A stretch of DNA of 64,000 nt, taken from positions 89,406,001 to 89,470,000 of the forward strand of contig NW_024704742.1 in the NCBI RefSeq assembly GCF_018977255.1, read 5' to 3'. The stretch is from Callorhinchus milii. Lineage: Eukaryota. Under the pieces are notes generated by a model. The model did not search any database. It worked only from the letters and a program-made list of their open reading frames with translations, and was not told where the DNA came from. Positions 26,281 to 41,000 of this stretch are shown piece by piece (within the stretch, counting starts at the first letter, position 1; the number at the start of each line of letters is the position of its first letter). The translations under genes and the position numbers were made by a program.

Positions 26281-26905
26281 ATAGCGCCCTTCATGCGGGG
26301 CAGCATCCCAGAGCACTTAACAGTGATGGAACCTGACACTGAGCCAGGTGGAGAGGGAGGAGTGGAAGTGACCATAAGTATGATCAAAAAGGAAGGTCTT
26401 TAGGTGGGATTTGAAAGTGGGAGGGGAAGGGGTCAAGGCGGAGGGAGAGATTCAGAGTTTTGGGGCATTGTGGCTGAATGCATGGCCGACGATGGTGAAG
26501 AGGATAAGTGACAAACGGGAGGCTGAAACCTGCTGATCGGAGGCAGTGGGGGTAAACAATTGGGAAAGGTAGGGAGTTGTGAGGGCATGAAGGGATTTGA
26601 AAATGAGTGAAAGGATCTTGAAATTGATCCGTTTGGTAATTGAGAGCCATTGGAGCCTGGCAAGGGCTGGTGTGATAGGGTTGTTGTGCAGGTGAGTATC
26701 CAGGTGGTGGAGCTTTGGATTAATTGAATCATGTGTATGGTAGAGCTGGGGAGACCAGCGAGGAGGGCATTGGAATAGTCCAGCTGGGTAGTCACTGAGT
26801 TGTGAAAGAGGGTTTCAGCTGCTTTGGTTGTGAGGTACAGATGGAGTCGGGCAATGTGACAGAGATGGAGAAAAAAGCGGTCCTGGTCAAGGAACAGACC
26901 CTCAT
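26281..26905 (-). mobile_element. L2-clade LINE 3' fragment
   Basis: Minus-strand peptide TQLDYSNALLAGLPSSTIHMIQLIQ is typical of the L2 ORF2 C-terminus. Confidence 0.85.
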
Positions 26906-29900
26906 CACAAAGGTTGAAATTATCAACCTAATGTATCAATGTGACGTCATCCGTCAGATTGCCAGCCCAGTTAATCATTATGGTCAATGTTGTGTTATGT
27001 ATTTGGATTGAGCTGCATGTTAACATTTCAATTGGCTTTCCTCTTGGCCATTTTATAAGGCTGCTTGAGATGCATTTAAATGATTGGAATGAAGAGCCTA
27101 AATACAGTGGAAACAATTTAGTGTCATCAATGGCCTCGTCTATTCTGCCATGAGTAGGATGCCCTCATTCAGTGAGTTTGTTTTTTCAAGTGAAGTTAGT
27201 AGCCTAAATATTGCCCCCAACATAGAGGGGTTCACAAATGTAGTTATATTGTGTTGCCACCTATTGATGAAGATTAGGGTTAAACTAACTGAGATTAGTG
27301 AAGCTCTTGTTAAATACGTGGACAGTTACATTGTTGACTGACTATTCTGTGTAGAATAGATCAGCAAAATTTTGTATTTCTCACCTGTGTGAAAATATAA
27401 TAATCCTTGCATTTGATAAGCACCTTATCATGCCTTTGAAACATCTCAAAGTGCTTCACAGAATGTCAAATGGCATTAGCTATATTGGCATATTCTGGAT
27501 AATGTGAAATAGGATTAGGTAATCTAACATGACTTGATGAACCTTTCTTCTATTTGCCCCATACCCCCAATTTGTTTTGAAGATAAATTACACTTTCTCT
27601 TGACTGCAACAAATGTGATCTTGGATCAAATTTATTATTTTCATCCACATTTGTGCAAATGCTTCTCTAATGAATTAATTTTTTTTACTAACCATCATTA
27701 TGATATTGGAATGTTCATATCTGATTTATTTTTAAAAAATGAATTTCCCTTAAAATGTTTAGTTACAATGGTGAACTGACTGTCTTAGTGTGAAGTTTTC
27801 CCTCATCGTGCACACATACTGTAACATTTGATATCTGTGTGGATAAAGCTGAATAGCTAGTAGCCTTTTTTCATCTGGTATAGGCTTTAGGGATGTCTTG
27901 GAAGTGCTAAACTCTGAAAACTGCCCTCAGGCTCTAAACACAAGCTGGCTGCGTTGATTGTAATGTGGATTTGAACCCTTCAGCCAGCTGAATCTGCCTA
28001 TACTTTTGGAGGGAAGGAGAGCACAGAGGCAATGCTGCTTGTATTGCAAAATCCCAACAGCTATAAAACTGATGAAAAGAGCATCAAGTGAGAAAGTAAA
28101 TCTTTTAAAATGTTTTTTTCACTGGAGATGGAACGTGGTATGGTGTAGGAAGGTTCAGGTAAATGGACATTGCCTAATCAAAAGCTCAATCGGGTAGACT
28201 AACCTGAAGTTTATTGCAAAAAGAAGCAGTCACAGCAAATCTTAATTTTTTTAACCCCGAGTACGGTAGCTTGAAAAATCTTACCTGATTGCAGAATTGC
28301 TCAGTTTCTGATCTGCATGTCAGACAAGTTCTCGACGAGCCTTGCCTGTGGCTGAACATCAACAATCTTGAAGCTACATTTGGATTCCTGCTATAACAAT
28401 AATTTAATGTCCATAAAATAAGAAACTGTTTATAGCGGGTCACATTTAAAAATCCTGTCTCGGTCAGTGCTGCTTTGTCGTTGCTACTGACGTCATGGAG
28501 TTCATATTGTGTTCAAAGCCGGCTGGTCAGTGGCAATCACTCTTGCGGGCATTTCCAGCAGTTGCTGGGACCGACACAAATATCTGGAGGCTGCCTATTC
28601 GCTGTGCAGGAAGCCAGCTGGTCATTCTCAGAAGTGTACCTCACTTCTGCAAACCGCAGGGTTCTCAGTGTTGTACAGCAGCTCAATATTAATAGTAACA
28701 CTGACTATAATTGGTTCGAATCAATCACCTGGTTTTGCTCTTTTTCTAACTGAGCCAATGCCAAACTTGATCTGCTTGATTTGTTGCTGCTCAGCGTAGT
28801 GTAATGTCTCTGTGAACATAGGACCAAGTGGAAGTCATTCAGCCTGCAAACCTGAAATGGTTTGTGACTTTCACTCTTTGGGTAAGGCACTGTATAATTA
28901 CAAATTCTTAATCTTCACATGAATTGGCAGACTGGGTTTATGTCACCCAAAGGGCAATACCTTCAACATTGCAGTGCTTGCTCAGTACTGCATTGGAGTG
29001 CTAGTCTCTATTGTGAGCTCAAGTCTTGGAGTTTGAGCCTACAACCTTCTGACCAGGCAGCGTGATATCAACTGAACTAAACCTCTCGATGACTTAAACA
29101 ATTCTGTTGGTAAGAATATTGTAGGATTGCTGCCAGCAAAGAGCCTTTGAGCCTGCTTTGTCAGGGCCATTTCCCTGGCCCTTTGCCTGAATCCCCAAGG
29201 ATGTAGAGCTGTGTGCTGTCTACTCATGAAGCCTTGGATTAGAATGTAAAGGAACTTCCTTTAGCATCCATCACAAAGCTACTGATTTTCAGACGATCTG
29301 AAGCCAGAATACCTTTATCAATTAGACCGGCCTATGATGCACATGTTCAGTACAACAATTCTGATAATAGCTGCAAGTGTACTGGGTTGCTTTTAAAACA
29401 TCCCATTGGAAAAGAAAGTAAACTCTTAAGAAATTATTGGAATATCAAGTTTGGTATTTTCTGTCTTGTTTTTCCCAACATGCAACAGACTGCAATTCAC
29501 AGGTTTCCATCGATGGTGATGCTATAAGTTTGATTACAATGTACTTGCTTCATCTGGCACCATGTTCCCCCCAGATTAGTGAGCATCTACTTCAAGTGCA
29601 ACATCCACTTGTGCACCTCTTTGCTTAAGGAGGAAGATTATATGGGAGAAATTCAATGAATTTACAAGGTCTTCTGCACTGCGTGAAGTTCAGTGATCTC
29701 CCAGCTGTTGTTGATCCAACAATTGTTTCTTTCCAAGTCCTGTGCTTGTCTGGTTTTATTTAGCTCATCTATATGGAACAATGTTTTTACGTACTGAAGT
29801 TCAATGGATAATTTTGTTTCTGCTTGTTGCAAGCATGGTGTGATTTAATTTTTAAAAGGGGAATGAACTTGTGCACTGTATAAAAGCAAAATGACTGCAA

Positions 29901-32202
29901 CTACTAAACAACAACATTTTTGAAATGTGATGTACAGTAGCATATGAACAGAGCAAGAAGCTCCCCAAATACCGTTATAGAAACAGGAAAATGATGCCAC
30001 CCTGAGTGAAGGGTGCAATATAACTGCACATTGTTGTCCATCCCTTCACAGAAGGCTATTTAAAAAATAAGTGAGTGATTTTTGCTTCTAGCAATCTTTC
30101 CTTCATTTCCCATTTGTATGCTAAATTCTTGCAATATTGATCATGAGCAAGGTGTATCTGACTAAACAATTGGCTTTAGGGTTAGGGAAAGGGAAGGAAG
30201 TGTTTAAGGGCACAGTTCAAAAAGCAATGGATTCTTCTCTAAACTCATTAATGCTTCATACCATATCTTCAATATACAGTATTTTGTTTCAATATAGTAT
30301 TTTAAAGGGTACAAAATTTGGCAGATTGTTGAATTAAACCTCAATATAGTGTTTTTGTTTATTTAAAAAAAACCTACAGAAAACTGGCTTCAATGCTACA
30401 TCAATAAAATAAATCTAGACCCGGGTGGAGTTTTACCCCAAAAGTGTTTTAAAATTGTACATCAGTTTGATGCTTTTAAGATATAAATTTCCATCCTTGA
30501 CCCCCATCTTAAGCATTTTTCTTTGGTCTTAATATAAAAGCTTCTGCACAGGGGGATGCCTTTCAGTTTGCCTATGATGTGTACTATAGGTATATACTTT
30601 ATATGCAGTACTATTTACTGGATTCTCTTCCTGCTGCTTTTCCCCACATGATGCAGTCCGACCCACTTATGTTGATGTGTTCTAATTTTGTCTGTATGTC
30701 TCAAACATGTAACAATCAATTGTGGTAGGATTTTGGCGAGCTTTTCATTAATCTATGGCTTCATGCATCCTCACCATCTTCATATTTTATGGTTTTTTTT
30801 CTTTATCTGGGATGACTATATTCCTGCTTTGTACTCGATGTTTATGTGTTCGGCAGATTTCAACCAGCTGTGTAGGGTGCTGTGCTTCATGGAGAATGTT
30901 TCACAGATTTCTGCACTTTCCGCTCAATTGCTTTGATTACGAGATATTTATCTTCGCATTATCAAATTTAATTCCAGTCGTGGTATCCATCGTGGTAAAC
31001 CAAGAGCAATAGACTATGATCGGCTCTTGCAACACAGCTAATTTATAGGCCTAACAAGCCTAATACTTGTTGCATTCGCTGGTATGTCACACGTGGAGAT
31101 AAGCGCCTGTCAACATGAGTGATAATAAAAGAAGGCCTTTACAGCCACAACAATTTGCATTTATATAAGCCCTTTACACCGTGCAGTGTCTCGGAGCGCT
31201 TTAATAGTCTTAGGGACTTTAAAAAAAATGTCTTCAGTGCCGGGGTTCGTTGACAGACATTGCAAGTTCTTGGTATCGATGTGTAGCGAAGGGACTAGGA
31301 TTTCACTTTTTTATTGGCTTAAGCACGATGTCAACATGAATGAGTTTGATATAAGCAGGTAGGATGTGCTGCACAATGAACTGCACATCAAGAATTTCCT
31401 GAACAGTTAATTACATTTCTCTTCACCTGTTGTTCTCTTTCTTCCCCCTCCAAAAAAAGAGATTATATCATCAAAAAATCTAAAAATATTCCACTATCTT
31501 TTTCTGTAAAAAGAGTTGGCATTCAATGGAAAGGTAAAATGTTTTCAAAAAAAAAAGGATAATTTTGTACTTTAATTCTAAAATGCCTTTTGCCCACCTC
31601 ACAGATTCTAAGATTGGAGCTTGCTTGATGTTTGAATAGTTGATTAAGTTCACTGATTCTGTTTGGGAAATAATTGAGACATTGAAGAGATATTGACCCA
31701 ATAACATGCTTGTTTTATATACCTAAACATTTTTTAAAAAAACTAATAAAATTTATATTCTGTTATTGTTGTACCCAAGTACCAAATTTGTTTTATCGAA
31801 AGAATGTTTTCTGATGTCACTATTACCGTAGCTGTCGTTTTTTCTTTCCCAGAGTTTTTTTCAATGTTAATTTTGCTCTCTGTCCGACTTTGCTTGAAAC
31901 AGCTAGCCACCTAATTTGCCCACAAATGTTCTATAATGTGTTAATTTCTAGGTCATCCCATTATTTGATTTAGATTCAGTCTGCCTTGTGATTTAGATAC
32001 AGGAAGAGACTTGTCTGATGATGCTATGTTAAGGAAATGTAGAGTTCTCTCAATTTCCCTCCTATTACAAATTATGTGGCTGTTCATGTCTATTTATGGG
32101 ACATTGCTGTATATGGCTATCGCAACATTTACTGTAATCTCTAATCCATTATGTTTTGTAAAATGCGTCGACTTCTTTTACCTATTGGATGCTATGTAAA
32201 TT

Positions 32203-32229
32203 AATAATAATAATAATAATAATAATAAA
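32203..32229 (+). repeat. (AAT)n microsatellite
   Basis: Directly visible. Confidence 0.9.
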
Positions 32230-33869
32230 TTGCTAGTGAAGTTAGTTCATATTCTGTATAATGAATTTTATTAGGCAATGCTGCAGCCATTTGTACCAGT
32301 ATGGTTACAATAGCAACTTCCATTTATATAGTGGCTTTTAGGTCAGTTTCTCTTGTCCAAATAAAGGACATCTGGAGAAATTCCTATTTATTTTCGAATG
32401 GGATTTTTATCATTCACCTGAATCGGCAGATGCTGGGACATTGGTTGAATTGAACATCATTTGAAAGATTTGTTAAACTTTTTAATCGGTTCAGTTAGTG
32501 AATTTTTCAGTTTCCCAGCTGATAGAGAAATTGGATTATAAGGTTCGTCTTGTACTATCTCTTTGACCAGGCCTATGGCTGCCAATCCTCTTCTCCCTCA
32601 CTAGTGGTCTGAGATGCTACCCTGCGAAAGCACTGCTATATAAATGCCGACTGTTGTAATGATTATAACCCACAACTTGCATTTATATATCACCCTTCAC
32701 ACCGGACGGCGTCTCGGAACACTTATATTGTTGGGAGGATATCTCTAAGCGCTTTACAGGATACACTGCGAAGTGTATTTTGTGGGGTAATATAGTATTG
32801 TATCCCATAGCATAGGTTTTTTAATGTGTAATGTGACCTGGAACTTGGATTTGCTATTTGCTTTCGATTCAGTAAAATAAATTTCAAATTTTAAATGGTA
32901 TGTTTGAGTTTGTAGCTCATTCTTTGGTTACTACTGGTCCTTCTTCCATTCTCCAAAGGTTAGCAGCAAGCCTGGTGCTCTTTTGGTTTGAATAGGTGAA
33001 CAGATTTTTTTAATGATTTGGAATTTACTAAGATGTTCTTTCAAAATGGGTAGAGGTTTCTTAATTGATTAACTTCTTTATAATGGTTCATATCTTTGTT
33101 TTCTTCCCTTCTCCCGTGATAGATGGGATGTTCACCAGATTGTAGAAGTAAACAACTCTTATGTATTATCTTGGGTTTGCTGTAGTGAGAACATTTAAAA
33201 ATGAATTTATCTACAAGTATAAGTGTTAATCTTACCGCTGCCTTTTTAAACCCTATAATTGTTTGTTCGTTTGTCTGGTAAATGGTCGTCTAAAGCTTTT
33301 TTGTTGAATTTTTATGCGATGTATAATTTGTCCAAATATTGCATTGCACTGCTTCAGGCCAGTAAATGACTTTGCTTTGCTCTGGGGATTGAGTTTGGAG
33401 GTGGAGAAAAGGGACAGAGTGAATTGAGTCAACAGTGTTTATTGTAAGGTGAAATACAGAATATTGAAGGGTCTGTGGAATGAGCAGGGCAGAATGATTA
33501 GATTAAGTGACTGAGGAAACACCAGCAGACTTGATTGGCTAATGTCCTGCTTTAAGCACAGTTGAAGAGACGTTATGCACGCATGCACACCCACTTTCAT
33601 TTGCGAAATTCTATATAGGATGAGATTTAAATGTCAATTAATAGTTAATGCAGCCCAGAGTCCCGTGGAGCTTTTCCTAGGGGGTTGTTGGATTGTCCAG
33701 GAAATTTAGGATTTTTAAAAATAAAAACTTGCAGTGACAGTGGGCTACAGCTGTTAAACAAATTGAGTACATTGCCAAAATACTTCAATCTGTTTTTAGA
33801 TCAGAAACCATGCCCCACCTTAATTAAATATTGGAACTTTAACTTGTTATACGTGTGTCAATTCAGAAT

Positions 33870-34140
33870 ATCTAATGTGTTTGATATAGCTCATTATGTC
33901 ATTGAAGTCTCAAAATGCTTTGCAGGATTTCCACTAAAGTGTAGTGACTATTTGTAGACTACTACGGTCAATTTGGACCCAGCAATGTCCAACAAATGGC
34001 TATGAAGTGAATGACCATCTATCTGGAAAATTGTTGGCCAGGACACTGGGAGAAAATCCCTCTTTTTGAATAGTGCCACAGGATATGCAACGTCTACCTG
34101 AATAGGTAGAAAAAAGACTTCAGGTTAATATCTTATAAGG
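33870..34140 (-). mobile_element. Decayed DeuSINE-like element
   Basis: ttggccaggacactgggagaa...tttgaatagtgccacaggat...gtctacctga block plus the family tail. Confidence 0.6.
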
Positions 34141-37100
34141 ACTGATGAAAAGGTTTTGTTGGGGAAATGGGGGAAAAAATATTTCTACTGGTTTGGAAAC
34201 TAAAGGGCATAAATTATAAAATCATTCCCACAAAAAGGCTAGAGATTAGAAGCTTTTTACATGGAGGATTAAGAAATGGTTTGCTCTACCAAAACCTACT
34301 GAAGCCGTATCTACAATACCTTTTTTAAAAAGGGAAACGGGTAAACATTTGAAGAAATCATTCAGTATGAGGAAGAGATTGGCAGTAGGATTCTTGTACC
34401 TTTACCCTTAATCTATAATTGGAAGCCTCTTGATGAGCACAAGAACCATCTGTTCTTGTTTCTACCCATAATTTTATTTCAATATTCACATCCATAAAAA
34501 GCCACCCAGAAAACAACCACTTTTCTCTGTTTCCAGGCAAGTTTCCAAAATGTACCTGTACATGCCACTTGTGATAATTGCAACAAAGCCAACATCTGGG
34601 AAATCTGTATTGCCTATCTACTCCCGAGTGTCTATAAATGACAATTATCTTTACAAAAGAAGTTGAATAATAGCACCCTGAATTTTCTCTCGTCTTGCCT
34701 TTCCTTCTCGTTTTTTTTTCTCCCAAATTCCCTGATCTTTTCTGCCATTAGCTAGTTTGATTCACTTTCCCATTGTCTAACCTTTTTCTCTTTGCTAGCC
34801 TTTCCATAGTTTCACAGTTATCAGTATTCTCTCCTTTATGACATCTAGCAGAATCCATCCCCTCCTCAAGCCCACCTTTAGTATGATAGATTATCTTCAC
34901 ACTACTCATTTCATAGTTTAACAATGCAGATGTTCACAAGGCTCTCTCCACTTTCTGAACGTGTCGCAATGCACTAAGAATCTTGCTGTGATGTTGCTCT
35001 GTCTTGAATTGGAGAAATGGTTTAAACATTCCTCAATCCTTTATTGACCCAACGCACAAATTTAACCCCTCGATTAATTAATGTAATGGTCCGAAAATGC
35101 CTACTTTTCTTGAAATGCTTTCCACTCTAGGTGAGCTTTTCCAATTTGTCATTACTACTATTGGAATTCAACGTGCAAATGTTACTGTAAGTGCGGAATT
35201 AAGTTGTGCTTCATAGCCACTTCATTGTAGTATATAACTGGTATTGTAAGAGTAGAAACAGTTTCAATTCAACAGTATTTGAAGTCTGGATTTAAAGAGG
35301 TAGTGGCCAGCCAATGGCCTACAGGGCTGTTCAAAATTGACTCCTCCCCCCCCCCCCCCCCCCCCCCAATGTTTGCACGAGTCTAGGTAAGTCTGTATTT
35401 GATTTAGTGTGTGCATTTTTTTGCTTGATTTTTATTGCTTAAATCAAAAATATAAAGGATAATGTTGATGATTGCAAGAGAACAATTACATTTTTTTTAG
35501 GCATCCTAAATCACAGCAATCCCTGTAGGTTACACTTCTCCTAAATGAGAGAAACCTAATCCATTTGTTCTGTAATTCATGAAAGCTTATAATATACTAA
35601 CTGTACTTGCTGTAGCTTCGCTCGCAACTGAAGGATCCAATGCGGAATGTAGATTGTCACACAGGCAGACATTTAATTTTTATCTACACTCATCTCGGAG
35701 GACTCGGCGCTTTAAAAATGTAATTTGGCTGGTGTTGTCGTGTTTTAGCTTTAATAATATAATAATAAATAATCCTTGCATTTGGTAGACCACTTTTCAC
35801 GTCTTCTAGACATATCAACGCGCTTCACAGAATATACTGTAAAGTGAACTGACTGTATATTTGTAGGCAAAATTTTTCTTTGTCTGTTTATTTTGTTCCC
35901 GCGGCTTGGCTGTGTACGTGCTCTGTAACGCTGGATGCCACAGTGATACGGACCCTCAGTGCAGCCACTGTAACTGCAGTGTGTGCGTACATACATAGCT
36001 GCTCTGTGATGTATGATGCAACAGCACCACTTTGACTCAGTGGCCACCAAGTGTAACTAGCAAAAAATCCAAACTAAAATAACTAATGAACGACAGGAGA
36101 TACCTGAAAACAAATATGCCCATGTCACTCCCTGGTGCAAGACCTTTCTGATGAGGTATAAATCATGTCTGTACGTCAATCGGTTATTGGGATCTTTCTT
36201 GAAGCGCAGACAGACATTGTCGTTTATTAGTATAGAAGATAGATAGAAGATTATTGGATCTGGTATTCTGGCAGAGGTACTTCCTACATTACTCCAGTTT
36301 GAAGCCCACACAAAAGGATTTGCTTTTTTTACTAGTTGAACGTTATCTTCAGTTTTCACTAAGAAATAATACAGTTGGATGTCTGCAACTCCAACGATGT
36401 TCCGTTCTCTAGAGGTTAATGTGGTCTCTAAATGCAGTGGTTTTGTTTGCTGCTAATTATCTGGACAAAGTAAAATATTCATTAACTGCAGTATACTTGG
36501 AAACAAGACAGACAGTATTTTGCATTTGACAATTTTGTACTGGTTCTTGATCTGACGCATCATGAACAAGTGCTAAATATCTAATGTAGTAAAGATACAA
36601 ATGTAAAATAAACTGAATTGATTTCTCAATAGCTGCATTATCATTTTCAGTATTTTTAACACTGCAATACAAAGCTACAGTCTTAACTTAATTAGTTTAT
36701 AAAATAGCATGCAATTTTTCAAAATCTGATTGTCTGAATAATTAAACATGAAACGAGCAATATTTTTTAAAAAAAACACCTTACGAAGGACCCAGGGAAA
36801 TATTTTTGAAAATCCATATGGTGCCATCCAACTCCAGTTGCAGTAAACCAACTAGCTTTGTTTTACTTTTTGCATTTCTCCCACAAAATATACAGTCAAT
36901 TCACTTTACAGTAGATTCTGTGAAACGCTTTGAGACGTCCTGAAGACGTGATGAGGTGCTATATCAAATGCAAGGGTTATTATAAGTGAGGAATTCTAGC
37001 GGAGAATGGTTTTCTGATTATGCAACATCTAAATAATGCATGCCATTCTAGCAGACTTCTCTGGGGGAAAAAATTCTTTTGCCCTTGAAGTGTGTTCAGC

Positions 37101-38007
37101 GCGACTGCAGATTTTAGTTGGTCTGCTCTGCTTGTGTAATGTCTGTCTTCATTTAAGTAGATTATGATGACCCTTGCATTGGTATAACTCCTTGTCGTCA
37201 TTGAATATCTGGTGTTTCACAAAATTTACCATAAAGAAGTAACGGCTGTATGTTGTAGTCCAACTCAGCAATGTCCCTCACACATAGCGATGAAGTAAAT
37301 GACCAGTTTTTGCAGGAAGATTCTATAGTATCTTGCTTTCCCTTCTGGCGGTTCCCTAATTGAGTAGTTAACGGGAATGTTGAATATAGAATGTTCTGTG
37401 CATATGGAATCTACTGCGAAACACTGCACATCTGACTTCCAAACTGCTGAAAGATTACCTTGTGTACAGATCTGTTTAGCAGAAGCAAAAAATCCTAGAG
37501 CAATGCCAATTTTACTCAGGACAAAAGGTTAAATAAACATTGATGGATGTTGTGGCATTGTAAAGTAGGCTATAAAATGTGGACACTGTGTGATGTGTAA
37601 GTGGGCTTTTTGAGAAAGTTAAATTTTTGTTTTGATGGCTTATGACCATCCCTTATTGCGCGCCAGTTGATCTGTCAGAATTGCAACCCTGTATTTTTTG
37701 CTTTCTAATTAGTTTTTAACATGGTGATATGGATACACATTGCAGAGCCTGCAATTTTGTCTATCTTTGCATTTCTGTCTCCTATTCATAACATTAAATT
37801 GTCCTGCATGGGGAATTTTCAATTGTAGCTAATCTTCAAAACTAGAGGATTAGATTGGAATTGCCTCAATAATTCTCTTGAGCCCAAACTGCATGGACGT
37901 GATCTGAATATACATAAAGCATTGTAAACTGATTGTTGCATTATCTTGTTAATCTAACATACAGTACTCTTTTGTGTCCATATTGCAGACGGCAACTCCA
38001 AACTAAC

Positions 38008-38079
38008 ATGGCAGTCAGACTGTGTGATGTGGCTACTCTGCTTAGAAGTGGTTCGTGGGCTGCAGAGCCTTGGACTGGG
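38008..38079 (+). CDS. ELAVL2: Alternative N-terminal coding exon (exon 37989-38079): MAVRLCDVATLLRSGSWAAEPWTG
   Basis: Acceptor ttttgtgtccatattgcAG (37987-37988), ATG at 38008, 24 codons, donor GGG|GTCTGT. Phase 0 joins in frame to QVIAAMETQ at 43080. Matches, from recall, the N-terminal extension of long vertebrate HuB isoforms. Not in the supplied ORF track. Confidence 0.85.
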
Positions 38080-41000
38080 GTCTGTGGGACTTTTCTTTAA
38101 ATTCAGTCGTGACTTTTTAAGATATGTAAACTTAGTATTGAGGCCATACCAAAAGGTAGAATACGTTTACAGTCAGTCCATCACCACAAATCCAAACTGT
38201 TGCCTGTAGTCTATAGCTAGCCCAAACAGAGAGGTAATACATGTATCCAACATTGTAATGAGATGTGGATTTTTAAAATATATTTGAGCACTCTTCTGTA
38301 TGCTGCTGCAAATTTTGTATAGAGCTTCTAAGATTGTCAACATAACTAATTCCAAGCTGTGTTCCTGATGAGTTTGGATTTGTGGCAATAGAGCATCAGT
38401 TCCTCAAGATTCCATAGTTGCAATTTAGTTTGGAAGCATTGCTTTAAATGGTCTGAATCCCTCTTTCAGAAAGATGTTTCTTGAACTTTCAAATTAGCAA
38501 ATGTAAAACTTGTCAAGTTCAAATTGAATGGCTTGCTTGAATAAATAATGGAGCCAACGTGCCACTTGTTTTTGGTATGGTCTAATAGAACTTTTAGATT
38601 GGCTATAAAATGGATTTTTTTTAACATTACTGCCTTGTTTAAGCACCTGTTTAACTGAGTGCTACTACGTAAAAATAATAAAATTGGGTTGCCAATTGCA
38701 AATGGAATTTTGAACAATGCCTCACATTTGAATTTGTGCCTAAACGCCATTTTTGCAATGTTCAAGGTTATGTTGACCACATGACTATTCCGTTTGCAAA
38801 GGCATCTTAACGTTAAGCAACATTAAAAATGTAGAGTAGATGGTTCTTGGACCAATAGTGCATATAGGCTAGTGCAGTTCTTCACTTAAATTCTGGCTTA
38901 ATGGGTATTGTTTACCCGTGATGGAAGATGAGAACTGAGTTAATTATAAAAATCATCCCCGTCCTTCAGAAAACTAAACACCAACGACTAAATATTATTG
39001 TAAACCATTGTCTCAAAGTGTTGGGGTTTGTCAGCTCTGATTATGGGTGATTTAAGCAACTCTGTCTGAAGAGATTAGGTAGTTTCTAATGTTTTTAGTA
39101 ATCCCATATTCAAACAAGCTCCAGGTGCTCACATTAAAATGGCAGCAGTGATTTTAACATTTTAATATGGTGAACTGCCTATCACTTGGTTTTAAACTTG
39201 TGCAGATTTGATATTCTGTACAAAGTGGATATAAAATACCAGAATCGCAGTTTAACACAATCTATGTTGGATGGCTGACCTGTGTTACAAGCCTTGTAAA
39301 ACTGCATGACCTATTCATAAACATGAGAAACCATCAAAGCCTTTAAGCGGTAGTTCTTTCTCCTTTCTCCTTCCTTCACTTCTCCATCTATTGAAATTTG
39401 CTCATACAGAGGTGTATTCAAGTTTTCTTGGTAATTTTGGTGTTGTATTCAGTTCTACCACCAGCAACTCAATGTTCACATTAACGTAGGGCCCCTCTCT
39501 TTTGGCAGAATATCATCAGCAATAAAGAAGTTGATTTGATTTCCTGACCTTGTGTAGAATTTAACTTTGCTACGGCTGTTCTCCCATTACTAACCCAAGC
39601 CAGTAGGTTTGCCTCCTCAAACTACATGATCACCTTGTGCTGTATGCTAGCGTGAGGTTTTTGCCTTGGCTTCACAGATAACATGCTAACCTATTGGATT
39701 CCTCATTTAAGATATCGTCTTTAGTTTTGATTTACACTTTCGTACAGCTTCCAAAATTCACCAGCCTTATAATTTAGCTGGACTATGGGAGTTTCAGATG
39801 CCATGTGTCGAATTGCAGAGTTACTGGTGCATGAATCCCCTTGGTAGATTTGATATTTTGGCATTCATGGACTGCACGCAAGGTGTTCTAAAAATAAAGC
39901 TAGACTGCAGAAAACTCCACTTAGAGCCCATTGAGAACAGCACTATCTTTGTCTAATTATAGACTTTTGACTGGGGGTAATTATGGAGATGTATATTGTG
40001 ACTAGAAATGCAAGGGTCTTTGTTTTTAGATGAAGCGATTATCTTGATAGCTGAGTTTCAGCTAACAGTATTACTGCTCCACTCTGAGGAGACAGCTTAA
40101 TGGATGCGAGGCAGATTGCTGTGGCAAATTGCTTGTCATTTGAATTTCTGTTTTGTGAAGCTGAAAACAGTTAACATTCATCAGCAAAGGCACATAGAGA
40201 GCAAACGTTTCTACCTTGGATGAGGCATTTCTGTTGATTTAAGCTTGTTACGACTCAAATTGTAGTGGCTTTCTAACATCAAATATTTGTGTTGGTAACC
40301 ACCCTCAATAGTTGCCTCTTATTCACAAATCTTGAATCTACAAATGAGTGTTTCCATTTCTAATAGCTTAGTTGATGTTCTAAATGTTGAAATGATTTTT
40401 TTGCTTCACCTCAATCATTGCAGCAACAAAATTGCATCCTCCACTGATGTGTGCTAATTGTGTGAACTTTTAAAGATTACTGTAGCACAATTCACTTTAA
40501 AAAGGAGGAAATTTGCCTTTAAATATCTTGTTAGATCAATTCGCGGTTGAGAAGATTGATGTTCAGTGTCAGTTCTCTATTCCCCTACTACTGAGTTGAA
40601 GGCTTTTAGTCAGCATAGCCACAACTGAAAGTATTCCAAGCTCGTTTTAAGAGGCAAAATTTATATGCTACACAGAAATTCCAAAACTTGAACACTAGAC
40701 AATTTATCTTCATTAATGCACTCTTCCCTGTTAAATGTGGATCCTACAACAAATCTAATTTTTTTTGTCAAGGGTGTCTCCCAAAATACAACTTGGCACA
40801 GCTATGTATTGCTACAACTTGAATTTATATTGTGCCCTTTATGCAGGACAACATCTCAGAGCTTAGAATTACTGTTAGTGTTTCAGAATTAACTGAACTT
40901 GAACAAGTGCATGGGGAATCGATCTTGCAGAGTAATTGCAATTTTTTCACCTTGTAGAAGAAACGGTGAAATCAATTATTGGAATGCTTGTGTTTAGATG

